Positions 45,608 through 57,451 of a DNA stretch of 64,000 nt are shown one piece after another. This stretch comes from an uncultured Nitrososphaeraceae archaeon (GTDB lineage: Archaea > Thermoproteota > Nitrososphaeria > Nitrososphaerales > Nitrososphaeraceae): contig CAVXZB010000087.1 in the NCBI GenBank assembly GCA_963765895.1, positions 32,001-96,000 of the forward strand. Direction: 5' to 3'. The stretch's first letter is position 1. Each line of letters opens with the position of its first letter. The notes under the pieces were generated by a model. It worked only from the letters and a program-made list of their open reading frames with translations. It was not told the DNA's origin and made no database searches. A program made the translations under genes and the position numbers.

Positions 45608-46739
45608 ATATAATAGCAATATGTGATTTAGGGGAATATATATTTTAAAATAAATATTCCTAGTATTGTAGTTCTTAATTAGGCAGATAGAAATAAAGAT
45701 GGTTTCTATCTTTTAACTTATCTAATTTTTTAAATGATTATGACAAAGATAGTTTAGTTTCAGTTTAACCAAAGATAAATAATGACCGTTGAATTAAAAA
45801 TAAATTGGTATAGTTATTAATGATGGGCTTGCTTATCATGTCCTATCACGTTTCTACTCATCGTTAGATGTTCATTTTAAAGCTTCAGCGATTAAAACGC
45901 CTCTGCCCTTTCTGAGGACACTAATTATCATCATCAGTCTTTAATCCATCTTAAATCCCAAAGGAAGCCATTTGATAGGCATAGGATAGTCTACGGAAGA
46001 AGGATTTAGTCATTCCAAGACTGCTTGTGCTAGATGTTGAATTATCAATTTCATTTGTAATCAAAGCGTTTAGGTTTGTTGCGGTATTGTTTACACCAGC
46101 TTTTTGCATTAAACCTATTGCACTATAGACTTAACTTACTATTGCTTTCTTTATGACGGGCAATTTTACTCTAATAACGCATTGCTACCCACTATGGTAT
46201 AAGAGGTATGCGTAGTCGTTGTATCCGACAGAGAATTATGGTCGTGTTGTCATTACCTAAGTCCTTTTGGATTTAGCTGGGCAGAAACCGGAAGAACACC
46301 ATTCAAATACGAGCAATCGTATCCATCCATAATCAATATAACTCCTAATGAAAACAGTCCATTTTTAACGGGTTATTGCAGTTCGTTAACCTTAGTGTTA
46401 AGATTGAGAAATTCATAGTAATAAGACTATCTAGCTAAACTTTTCTAACTAGTGACGGAGGTGGTTACTAGTCCTGATAATTATGCTGAGGGGTAATTTT
46501 CCATTACTCGCTAGTCCGGCTTTACAATAGTTAGTTAATTGTACTAATGTGCTAGCCATTTGAGATAAAAGTCGACTTGAATTCAGGTTGGCACGAACCA
46601 TTTATCATCATCATAGTTGACTTCTAAAAATATTATTTAGAATAGAATTAATTTCGACAGGCTGTAGGTTAGATAACACTTCTACGAACTTTTCCAGACT
46701 AAACTGTGGTAACCTCTACTTAAATCGACTACAGGCCTT

Positions 46740-47625
46740 CTATCTCTGCACTATGGAGATCTTAATCAATTTCATTATATCACCAAATGAAGCATCTTTC
46801 ATAATAAAGGCATTAATTATCCTATCCCGATATTGCTGCGTTGTATCGAATGCTGAACCTCCAATCATAATTGGTAGTTTATTGTTATACGTGACATGAA
46901 TTTGTTCAACCAGCCTTTCAGCGGCTTTGATATTTTCTGCAAGTGTTATAGAGATAAATACGATGTCTGGCTGTAGATTATGGATATAGTTTACAATATA
47001 ATCTGTAGGTATAGAAGTCGAAATATTGTATACCTTAAATCCATTATTTAAGAGAATCGACTCTATCATGTTACATGCTAAACCGTGTAGCTCACCATTT
47101 GGGGTACAAGTTACAGCTTTGTATTTGAATGATGTTTGAGCCACTCTAGTTCTTGTAACAATTTGTTCATTTATTATCTTAACCAGACTAATTACAGTAT
47201 TAGTACCTAGCATGTTCAGTTGCGACATCTAATTGACCTTGCTGCCACAAGTTCCCAATTCGATACATTACAGGTTTTAGCAGCTTATCATAAAATTTAG
47301 TCAAGCCAAACAATTTGGAATATTTTTCGTAAAGATCCACAAGACCGTTAACGTTGCAATCGGTTAGCAGTACAAATATTTCCTCTTGAATCGTCGAAAT
47401 TAGTATTTTCCTTTCTTCTTGATCGGAGCTAAAAGCCGACAGGAAGGCCAGAACCTTTGCATCACCTCTATATTCTATTGGTATGTCCTCAATTGTTATC
47501 TGCGATGTCTTACCTAAATATTTTATAGTCTGTTGTATGGACATGTTTCTTTGTGGATCCCAAACGCTGTGTACTAGATATGCATAATTAATCCCTTTTA
47601 CTTTCTTACTTCTGATATAAACCAT
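46740..47625 (-). CDS. Cobalamin-binding regulator-like protein with CarH-type sensor module (+1 frameshift at ~47206)
   Basis: LLKPVMYRIGNLWQQGQLDVATEH (W-x9-EH), CTPNGELHGLA, PDIVFISITL, IMIGGSAF. Confidence 0.85.
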
Positions 47626-47741
47626 TTTAAATCAGGTATACTATAGCAGGATTTTGTTACCCTCATTATATAAATGAGATTAGTGGTAAACCAAGACTTC
47701 TGGTGCCAAAAGTTACGATACATAATATTACAACAATCAGC

Positions 47742-48317
47742 TTATGGTTTTATTATAATATTGCTTTTAACTTTTATGAATGTCCCTAACTCGGCCATTC
47801 TTCCAGAGACATAGCCAGTCAATATACCGTATATTAGATGGAATACAAGTGACCCGCCTATAATGACAGGATATAATCCATTGAAATGACCAGCTATATT
47901 GTATATAAATTGATTAGGTGCTGATGATGTAAAGGTGTCAAGCCGTGGTTGTATGCCAAATGTTGCAAATGGAACAAACAATACTATCCATAATGCCACA
48001 CCAACTATCATTCCTTTAACAATACCTTCCTTTGAGCTGTATGGTGTCATCTTTGACCAGAAAACTGAAATTTGCCCAAATACGTTTCCTGCAGCCATTC
48101 CAGTTATAACATGTAGAATAAAGCCAGTATACTGTGCTGTTACTGGATCACTAATTCCAAGTGATATCCCAATGACAGCAAAAAAAGTTCCTGGAACGGT
48201 GCCGGACATGATATCGACTATAACCAGTAGACCTGAAATGGCCCATGCACTGATAAAGCCTGCAATGGAGCAATACAGGATAAATTTTCTTCGATCGTTT
48301 ATTTCTGAAATTTCCAT
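47742..48317 (-). CDS. Membrane protein with conserved His in TM helices
   Basis: About 4-5 TM segments; GFILHVITG, SLVFHLIYG. Confidence 0.8.
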   Translation of the reverse strand: MEISEINDRRKFILYCSIAGFISAWAISGLLVIVDIMSGTVPGTFFAVIGISLGISDPVTAQYTGFILHVITGMAAGNVFGQISVFWSKMTPYSSKEGIVKGMIVGVALWIVLFVPFATFGIQPRLDTFTSSAPNQFIYNIAGHFNGLYPVIIGGSLVFHLIYGILTGYVSGRMAELGTFIKVKSNIIIKP

Positions 48318-48384
48318 GTTTCTTTGTTAGGATATCTGATATATAAACAAGTGCCTAAATACTGTTATAGTGCCTAACTAAATG

Positions 48385-49825
48385 TCAAATGCCGTTCATT
48401 CTTATTTTATGATAGACATTATGCGATGCTGCTACAACCGATAAGGCTATACCTGCACCAACAAAATTTCGCAAAGTCATTAGTAGATTAGGAGATGTGG
48501 CGATCAAAGATTTACCAGAAACAGTATATACATTATCAACAAGCCAGAATGTGAGAGTTATCCATCCGATCACACCTGCAGTAATAGCTCCAAGTCTTGT
48601 TCCAGAAGAAACGAAAAATAGGGAAAAGGCTATAGAGAAATACCACAATCCACTTACAAGTAGCCAGCCAATCTCAAATACTTCTGGTCTTGCATCCAAC
48701 ATATAGTAAGTAGAACCTACAGCTGCCATTGCTAACAATGAGACAATGAGAACTTTGTTATTTAGAGAATGTGTAGTTCGCTGCCGTTCAGTATTCTTTT
48801 TTTTTACATGTTCTTCTTCTTCAACAGCCTTTATTGCTTCTTCAAAGGTTTTTAATCTAAGAGGAATTAATTTTTTTATTGCATCATCTTTTACGGTTGC
48901 CTCATGTTTTAGGCTATCTATTAGTGGTCTTGCTAATGAGGCCTTTACTGGAGTAATAAGGTCAACCCAGTAAGAAGACAATCTTGGAGTAAGAAATGGT
49001 ATTATTATTATTTTTATAGATTTGTTTATCATTTTTGCATAACGTTTCATCATCTGAATGTAGGTGAGAACCTCTGTACCGCCGATATCAAAATCCCTAC
49101 CTTCAGTATCACTTACGTCGATAGCTTTAACCAAATATTCAACTACATCGTCCACTGATATTGGTTGTGATTTAGTCAAAACCCACTTTGGGCATACCAT
49201 CAGAGGCAATCTTTTAACCAGATATTCTAACATTTGGAAAGAGCCGCCACCCTGACCTAAAATGACTGCAGCACGGAAGATCGTAACTCTTGCAGAAGAT
49301 GTTCTTAATATGTCACCGACTTCTTTCCTACTACGCATATGATCAGATATCTTATTACACTCTTCCCCGTTCTCTTCAGGAATGAGTCCTCCTAAATATA
49401 TGATCCTATCAACTCCACACTCAGTAGCAGCCTTTGCGAAATTCTCTGCTGCCCTTTCGATCTCTTTCTGAAAATTTTTTCCATTCTCTAGAAGAGCCTT
49501 CCATTGAATGGATAAGATAAAATGCGATAGTCACCCCGGTCATTGCCTTCAGAAGCTGAGGATAATCATTTACATCTGCTGCGATTGTTTTAAAAGCATC
49601 CTTATACTGTTCATATCTCCCTCTCAAAGAATCGATATTGCGAGTCAAACATAATATTTCGTAACTATTGCTAGATAAATGAGAAGGGAAAGTAGAAGAC
49701 GACAGTAATTTGGAGACTACCCTACTACCGATAAAGCCGCTTGCACCAGTTACGAGTACTTTAATCTTAGTTTCCTTTTTCTTTTCATCAAAATTATGGT
49801 TATACGATTTTTCATATTTTTGCAT
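48385..49825 (-). CDS. Atypical SDR/NAD(P)-binding epimerase (YbjT-like) with C-terminal membrane domain (+1 frameshift at ~49453)
   Basis: VLVTGASGFIG, FYLIHSM, IIYLGGL, HMRSRKEVG, LTPRLSSYWVDLITPV; four C-terminal TM helices. Confidence 0.88.
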
Positions 49826-50219
49826 AATTATTAATTACCTATGTCGCTTAGATATCTCTAGGGTTAACTTGCAAGGTCATCTCTACAAGAAGCTCATGCG
49901 TAAGGGCTAGGATGACATTATCTTGGCTGAGATAAACCTCTGTAAGGTTTCCTTGTCCGACTTTTATTTCAGAAGTTACTATGATTTCGTTACTATGATT
50001 GTCTATCGAGCAGCCAAATAAAACCGACGCTCTACTCGATGGTTCAATATTAAAAGAGTCTTTTGGAGGAGCTAGCAATTGTTTTGTTGCCTGCCGAATA
50101 TTAATAGAATAAGTCTTATCGTACATAATAGCTGTTCCTATAAGATTCGGCCAGGCTTAAATCCAAAAACAAATTAATTTCCTGTTTTAATTCCATGCTA
50201 TAGTATTGGATTCCAAGTA

Positions 50220-50520
50220 TTTAAATAATGCCAAAACTGCTGCATAGTGCTAACTTTACCATATCATCAATATCATTATTAAAGAGCAAATCTATTATAA
50301 GTAGTCCGGTAAATGCAGTATCACCCTACTCCAGTCACAAATGCGGATTTTAAAGTTATTAGGAAAGTTTATCAAGGCCCACAATATTTTCGCTTCATAA
50401 CTTTAATCAAAATCAATGTTTGGACAGGAATTTGTAAACTTTTACCTACCTATCATGCTCACGTATCAAGCCAATGGTTTTTCTCAAAATGGAATATAAA
50501 TTTCGTTTTCCATTTTTAGA
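50220..50520 (-). pseudogene. Possible PfkB-family kinase remnant
   Basis: Stitched VTGV-GDTAFTGLLIIDLLFNNDIDDMVKLA resembles the C-terminal PfkB motif; many stops. Confidence 0.3.
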
Positions 50521-50630
50521 AGAAGTATTACGATATACCCTTGGAATGAGTATTTCATAACTATATGAGTATAGCAAATAATCTGTTATTATTACATCCA
50601 TCCATAATAATAATACATCATTTGACCGAA

Positions 50631-50654
50631 GATAGATAGATAGATAGATAGATA
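50631..50654. repeat. (GATA)6 microsatellite
   Basis: Direct reading. Confidence 0.9.
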
Positions 50655-50970
50655 CAGAAGCATCGGAGTCATTAATATTAATATTATATCATTAAGCTTC
50701 TAAAGCTGGACTAACTAGGGTTTTCAGACTCATCGTCCAATAACAAATATTATCCTGTTTTTCATGTCTTGTTCATTCTATTATTGCCACTACTATCTGC
50801 CTTTTACCAACTCTGAACTACTTGCTATGTAATATAGACTGATTATCATCAGAGGTAACGGTTCATAGATTGAATCTTTCAATTCTCTACTATTGTAAAT
50901 ATATTAAGATGTCAATTCGCAAGCCGCCGGCTGGCGGTAATTTTTTCACGAATCTGGCACCATAGTTCTT

Positions 50971-51471
50971 TTATAAAATGTTAATGAACACAATTTCCAC
51001 TAGGCCTAGCACCAGGCCATATACTAAATGTCCGCTCAAACTTGCTAACGCCGGGAGATGACCAAGAGGATGATTCCAGGGAGGAAATCCTGTGATGGGC
51101 TTGTGTATAGGCACAAGAGTAACGATCCATAAGAGAATCCCGTAAAATATGCCAAATAAACAATATGATAGATTAGCAAGAGAGAAAGATGATGATGATA
51201 TGAATGATGTAATGTATGGGAATGCAATTCCGGCAAGAGCTCCGTTTAAAAAATGGAGGAAAAAGATTCCCTTAAAATGGCTTTCAACCCCAATATCTAT
51301 TGTATTTGAGAAATGAAGAAACTGTCGCAAACGTTTTATTATGATATAGTTTTCATGCCATTCAAAGACACCGTGAATACCCCATCTTTTCCATGATGGC
51401 ATTTCAGTTATAGTCATGACAGCCGTAGATAAAATTCCCGCCACCAAACCAATGATAAAAAGACATGGCAT
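50971..51471 (-). CDS. Membrane protein, probably the same His-bearing family as 47742-48317
   Basis: GLVAG..STAVMT, FFLHFLNG, SLSGHLVYG. Confidence 0.75.
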   Translation of the reverse strand: MPCLFIIGLVAGILSTAVMTITEMPSWKRWGIHGVFEWHENYIIIKRLRQFLHFSNTIDIGVESHFKGIFFLHFLNGALAGIAFPYITSFISSSSFSLANLSYCLFGIFYGILLWIVTLVPIHKPITGFPPWNHPLGHLPALASLSGHLVYGLVLGLVEIVFINIL

Positions 51472-51876
51472 TTTAGTAACCCTTTTGCTTTGTAGTATAC
51501 TCTATAGTTCCTAGCAGATATCTGGAACCAGTTAGATGCACTAAACTATGCACTAAAGTTAAGCTGCACATTTCCCCTTTAATAGTTATCTCCATATAAA
51601 GATAGTTAGGCACTATGATACGTTAATAATTATAGTAGTCTCTAAAACTGACATTTCTTCATATATTCCTTGTGCACATTAGATGTAAATCATTGTTTAG
51701 CGGTTATTTTAGAATTATTGTAGTTATTAGTTTTATTTTATTATAATAGAGTAATATAATAATATGTACACAAAGAGAGGACAAGAACGATGCAAAATTC
51801 CAATTTTTACCTGTTTGGATTGTTACTGGGTTTGAATATACCATCTTCACAAGTCATTGAAGTCTGGTCAAAAACT

Positions 51877-52044
51877 TTATTTTTTTGTACCAAATAGTTC
51901 GGCGTTCCTACAATCTGAATGAATTTTTTCCTCGGTTGTGTAATCACAAGCACTGCATTTAAAGACCAAGGGTTGCCGACAGAGTTCACAATATGAGCTT
52001 GGTTTAAGATCTGAGCCACATTTAATACAAAGAGTTTCGCTCAT
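51877..52044 (-). CDS. Small zinc-finger protein
   Basis: CIKC, CELC, CSAC, H..C. Confidence 0.75.
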   Translation of the reverse strand: MSETLCIKCGSDLKPSSYCELCRQPLVFKCSACDYTTEEKIHSDCRNAELFGTKK

Positions 52045-52710
52045 ATTATGAAGGAGCATGACATGATTTATAAGAATTTATAGAACTGCCTCAATAGAGC
52101 TTATTCTTCAAGTTATAGGTCAAGAGATTTCATAAGCTTAATGAAGATTTACGGTAGAGGCAATTAAACCTAACCCTTAAAATTTGTTAACTTTTAGATT
52201 TTCAGATATATTATTAATGATCTTATAGCACTGGATTTTAAATTTATTAATTATATAGAGTCTAAATTCAATACTATGAAAGCATATGTGCACTGATATG
52301 ATCATCATAATCTGAAGTTAAGCCTAATAATCTTCAAACAACTGCAGCATTACCCCTTTAGGTTTCTGCCTTATAATGAAAAGGATGATAAGACAGTAAT
52401 CGTTTCCGTTCGAATGCTATAGGATTTAATAACCTTAAGAAAGATATTTGCAATATTGAATCTCTGAATTAAATCCTTTCTCAGCCTAGAGTTTTATTAA
52501 CGAATTGTATTTCTATCACGGAATTTAGAAGTTGTTTGAATGATACTATGTATACGTAATCATCGGTGGTTTTGCGCTAGTTTTTGTTTAATGGTCTTTC
52601 TATTTTTTAATTATTGTATAAACGTGTCAAAAAATCAAACAATTGACTTGAGCCCAAGAATATGTGAATCTAAAAAATTATAAATGAGATGGATATACAG
52701 TCTGTTCACG

Positions 52711-52932
52711 ATGTTCGACAAACATACTACAGCACTATACGCAATAATTATTTCGTCCATAGTCATCGCATCGGTATTCGCCATGGGCTTTATACCACAA
52801 CAAGCATCAGCACAGGGTAACCAGACTACCGGAGGCAGTGGTAATGGTAACCAAACTAGCAGCAATTCCACTAGCGGCAGCGCAGCACCAGGCGGTAGCA
52901 CAACTGGTACTAGCAGCGGTAATGGTTATTAA
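52711..52932 (+). CDS. Small secreted Gly/Ser/Thr-rich protein
   Basis: Signal peptide ending ASAQ; GNQT repeats. Confidence 0.65.
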   Translation: MFDKHTTALYAIIISSIVIASVFAMGFIPQQASAQGNQTTGGSGNGNQTSSNSTSGSAAPGGSTTGTSSGNGY

Positions 52933-53246
52933 CCAAATTCGCGGCAACGTGACTTCATAAAATTAGCGCACAGTAGGAAAAAAGATATCATCTCAAGTGA
53001 CCTCACCTTTTATTTTTGTCACTATGATCTAGAGACTATATAGCAATAATATTTATAATCGATATCGAAAAGAAAAGAAAGATAACAATTCATACTTTAT
53101 TTCCAACTTCCCCTCAAGTGCATTTTAATATGAGTAGTAATTTGAAAGCTGCATGGAAAAAGATAGCTGCGTATTGATGATCCCTCTCCCCCTAATAGGT
53201 GAGTTATTCCTTAAATGATCTAAAGCATTCCTCCTATTGAGTAATT

Positions 53247-53498
53247 ATGAGCCTCTTCCCATATGAAGACATTCTTACTAAAGAGATAGACTCATGGAAG
53301 TGTTTTGCAAACATCCTGTCCTCCTCTAATGATAAAGAATTATTCATGAAAATGTTAAATGATTGTTACGAATATGCCAGTGCTGTCAACGCTAAGGGTG
53401 AGCCTTTCCCTAGCGAGCCCCTGATTATGGCATTGCTGTTATCGCAACATAAGATCATTGAATGGTTAACCGAAAAAATATCTAAACGTGTAGGTTAA
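53247..53498 (+). CDS. Hypothetical protein
   Basis: EIDSWKCFA..L...DKELF.KML..CY.Y...PLIMALLL.QHK; coherent helical small protein. Confidence 0.7.
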   Translation: MSLFPYEDILTKEIDSWKCFANILSSSNDKELFMKMLNDCYEYASAVNAKGEPFPSEPLIMALLLSQHKIIEWLTEKISKRVG

Positions 53499-54008
53499 CC
53501 AGAGAAACAGATCCTAGGCAGATTTGATAGTATTTATCATCAAATGATAAATCTGATCCTGTGCATAGATAATGCGGAGGATAGTCGGTCCTCATAAAAT
53601 ACGGAATGCAATAAATACCTGCAATCGTCAATTATCGTTTTTAGATTTTCTTAATCTGGAGGGTCGGAAATCTGCAATGTTCGAATTGGGCGATCTTAAA
53701 CAAAAGGTGGGGATATTCATTAAATGTATCTACTAAGAAGACAGAATCGGCGGCTTTTCTTGCTCATTCTACCCGTGGAATCATTAGTCCTCGTGATATG
53801 ATATCTACCAAGATCTCAATGATAGCGGAGGGGATAACAGAACTTATTCGTAGTTTTATAGGGTAACCAAGCAATTTCGAAACTGGTATGGTAGTGCGGA
53901 CATCACGTTATATTCACTACCTTGAAAATTGTTTGCAGTCAACTCATTCCGGCCACCGTCGAGGTACTAGTATATTGTAAACTATTGTCGTAGATATGCC
54001 AGATATAG

Positions 54009-54839
54009 TTATCCAGCTGATGCAGATGCTCCACCGCCACCTGCTGATGCTGATGCAGATGCTCCACCGCCACCTGCTGATGCTGATGCAGATGCCCCAT
54101 GGTGACCACTACTGGAATGGTCGCTACTATGATGGTTATTACTGTGGTTTGATGAAGACTTATGTCCACTGTCAGAATGACTTCCTCCATTGTGGCTGTT
54201 GTCGTTGCTGCCTATGACTTCCTCCATTGTGGCTGTTGTCGTTGCTGCCTATGACTTCCTCCATTGTGGCTGTTGTCGTTGCTGCTATGACTTCCTCCAT
54301 TGTGGCTGTTGTCGTTGCTGCTATGACCTCCATCATTTGTACTTGTATGCTCATTGCCGCCAGTCAAAGATGATTCATGGTCACCAGAAAAGATATTATC
54401 AGGTACTACTGGGGGGACCTTCTGAACTTGCAGGGGCAATGGGCTGATAGTGTGTAAGTGATATAGGTTGAACTACACTAGAAGGATTAGTTGAGTTAAC
54501 CATATTTGTTATCGATGTCGGGAAACTGTTTATACTTGCTTCGTTGGAACTGCCTGTATAATAATGATTGGCAGGAGTTATAGGTTGATAATGTACCAGT
54601 GAACTTGGTTGGATCTCGCCAGAAGCCAAATTGGTCTGATTATCGAGCACCTTGGATGGTTCGAAAGCTCGGTGATCTCCTCTATAATTCGGTAGCACAG
54701 GGTCCTGCTGGGCAAAGGCAAATTTATTGAAATTGAGAGATGTGGGATTCATGTTTAAAGACAAGCTAAGAGATATCGAAGAGACTAGTGATAATGCAAT
54801 TATGACGAGCTTCAATTTGGTACTATAGTTTGAGTACAT
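54009..54839 (-). CDS. Secreted low-complexity His/Ser/Asn/Gly-repeat protein (three +1 frameshifts)
   Basis: Signal peptide (AFAQ); removing one base at each of ~54402, 54249 and 54212 yields one ORF with (HSSNDNSHNGGS)4 and (GASASASAGGG)n. Confidence 0.75.
54016..54095. repeat. 33-bp tandem repeat, ~2.4 copies
   Basis: GCTGATGCAGATGCTCCACCGCCACCTGCTGAT units. Confidence 0.9.
54177..54331. repeat. 36-bp tandem repeat x4 (two copies are 37 bp)
   Basis: ATGACTTCCTCCATTGTGGCTGTTGTCGTTGCTGC(C)T units. Confidence 0.92.
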
Positions 54840-55302
54840 ACAATATTCCTCTATAACTATCGAATGCTTACAAGTATAAAAATAATCAGTACTTAGAATC
54901 TAGAAAAAACATCCTTTTATACCACTGACGCCTGGGCGTGATTAATTCATCACGAGAGTCTAAGCATGTTACTTCATAAGGAGAAAGAAGTTATAGAACA
55001 TTTAGAATATTAGAATTGAGAATGCATCTAACCCTCTCATCTTAGACACTTACACTTCGTTAATTCAGCAAATTTGGGTACTAGATTTGATAACGCTATT
55101 GTGTATGGATATAAATAGGCTAGACCATTTACGAATATGCATAAAATTGAGTAAACCATCTATAATATAACTTGATACATTGGTAGGAGCCAATTTCTTA
55201 ATTGCTCAAGGTATATGATAAAATATCTTATTAAATCCCGCAACTTCTTGGATCAATTGGCAGCATCTTCACAATTTGCCACCTTATATAACTTCATAAA
55301 AT

Positions 55303-55580
55303 ATGGAAAAGTATATCCTATCATCATCATCATCATAATCATAATCATAATCATAATCATAATGAATTAAATATAGATCAATTTACGAGGCAAGCAATTC
55401 CATTCACAAAGCTGCCAATTATATTAAGGATACATTTGAAAACTCCTCTCAATCATCTAAGTTAACGGAAATGATGTCATGCTCGATGTAGCTTATGGCC
55501 CTGGCCTGATCTCAATTGAGTTCGCAAAAATATCTAAATAAGTAAGTGGAGTAGATATTACTCCTTCAATAAAGTGTTAA
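55303..55580 (+). pseudogene. Class I SAM-dependent methyltransferase remnant with His/Asn microsatellite
   Basis: HHHHHNHNHNHNHNELNIDQFTRQAIPF then, in another frame, DVMLDVAYGPGLISIEFAKISK*VSGVDITP (motif I); truncated. Confidence 0.7.
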
Positions 55581-56231
55581 GTGATATTATTAGACAAGAG
55601 CAGGATCGCGAAATACATCTGAAAGGCTCTCTTGGTTACAATAATTTAAAATAGCCAATCCCCCAATATGAAAGGCAGATTATTTTTCATGCTGCTTCCT
55701 CCATTATTTGCTATCAGATCATATTGCAACTGCAAAAAAACGCCCTGATACTGCTGATGAATAAAAACAACAACAGAATATTATTATTACTATTGTTATG
55801 ACAAGAATAGAATTAAGATGCCAGCAGAAACAACGATCCCAATAAGAAGACAATCCAATGAGTCGATGAATCTGAATAATAGCCTGCATAGCAAACCTTC
55901 TTATTTTAACAAGTTCTACATATATATTATATATTAAAAAGAATCTGATTTAATTATAGATTTAATATAACTAAAAATAAAAATGGATTTTATAATCAAG
56001 TTCTTTCTAGAATGGTACCTGTGATAGTATCTGTAAATTTCTATAATGTCGTAAATAAGGTATGGAATTGAGGAAAGTCCCAAGATAATAATCTTCTGCC
56101 AGCCATTCTACAATTTACGGTAACTCACCCTTTTATGAGATAATAACTAGAACAAATGCTGCCAGACTATGAAAGGGGATCGCACTTATTAGGTGGGATA
56201 TTAGCATCCTGTCATTCTTCAGGATATATAA

Positions 56232-56260
56232 CAAAGTAAGTCAAAGTTTGACTTACTTTG
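56232..56260. promoter_or_regulatory. Perfect 14-bp inverted repeat next to a TATA-like box
   Basis: CAAAGTAAGTCAAA-G-TTTGACTTACTTTG, immediately after ATATATAA at 56224-56231. Confidence 0.6.
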
Positions 56261-56502
56261 AATCTTTTCACCACACGAATGGTATGGCCATATTACATAG
56301 CTTTTTATCTTATTAAAAAATATATGTTTCGACATAGATTTATAGAATAAGTTAGAGTTTACTTAACTAAAATAGTTCACTGATCAAATAATATCATAAT
56401 TATGGTAACTTATCCTAGCTCAAGAAATCTTCCAATCAATAATATCCTTTTGTCCTAATAATATCAACGCATCTATTATGCAAAATGTAGATTCCCAGGT
56501 AT

Positions 56503-57451
56503 TTAGTGGTAGAATTTAATTCTTATATGATCAGAGTCATGCACATAAAACGATCCAGAAGAATCGAGATCTGCTGGTTCGTCTTCTGCTATCAGATTGC
56601 AGTCGTCAAAATATTTTGACATCCTTTCAAATTCTCGTTTGTTAGGAAGATGTATGGCAAAATGATCTAGTCCAATTAAATCTGAAAAAGAAGTACGGGG
56701 AAGGATGTCTTCCCCAAGCCAGATATTAGTGGCAACATGATGATGATATTCATCAGCGGCAAAAAAGTATGCGCCTGGATAAGTGGAGGTATGATTTAGA
56801 CCAAGTGTATTAGAATAGAATCTTTTTGCATTTGCAAGGTTAGAAACGTGTAAATGGACGTGTCCGATGGAGGTCTTAGAAGGAAATTCCTTCCACCGTT
56901 CGTCATTAGTCGAATCACTTAGTAAATCTTGTATGTTTAGTGGCTCAGTTACCATACGAACCTCATGACCTTTCCATCTCCATTCTGAGCGAGGTCTATC
57001 CCGAATATATCTCAACTCCATTGTAGTCAGGATCGCGTAAGTAGATTGATTCAGACACAGCGTGATCTGCAAATCCATCAAAATATACGCGATCACGATG
57101 CTCTTGTAGATGTCTAAGGATGTTAGACAAAAACTTTCGCTGTGGTAGCAATATTGCAAGATGATAAAGTCCGGCTACGTTTTTTCGCCTTTCTTTATGT
57201 AATGAGGCAACTATAGGATCGTTTTTACTATTTTGATCTCTTTCCACCTTTGACAAAGCAATAAGATATAAGGAGTCTCCTGCTGATGCCGATAGGAATG
57301 CGCATTCTGAAGAGGAAGTTCTTCTAACCACCTTAAAGCCAAGAATTGAATGATAAAATTGAAGGGACTGTTGTATATCTGAAACTCTTAGATGGACATA
57401 TCCTATCTTGGCAGCGGGATGAATAGTGAAAAGTGTGCTACCTTGGTTCAT
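56503..57451 (-). CDS. VOC family protein (CatE-like dioxygenase/glyoxalase; +1 frameshift at ~57004)
   Basis: IGYVHLRV, GLYHLAILLP, DHAVSESIYLRDPDYNGVEIY|RDRP, IGHVHLHV, YHHHVATNIW. Confidence 0.9.

Noticed and set aside
49848-50126. 92-aa ORF upstream of the SDR gene
   Set aside because: No recognisable domain and lies within a decayed region
50924-50946. GC hairpin CCGCC-GGCT-GGCGG followed by a T-run as an intrinsic terminator
   Set aside because: The T-run is on the plus strand while the adjacent gene is on the minus strand; stem is short
54177-54331. 36/37-bp repeats as a CRISPR array
   Set aside because: Units are contiguous with no unique spacers, encode a 12-aa repeat, and no cas genes are present
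53996-54447. Plus-strand Cys-rich or Met-rich repeat ORFs (CGCCRCC) resembling metallothionein
   Set aside because: They are the reverse-frame reading of the His/Ser repeat gene, which has a signal peptide and coherent composition
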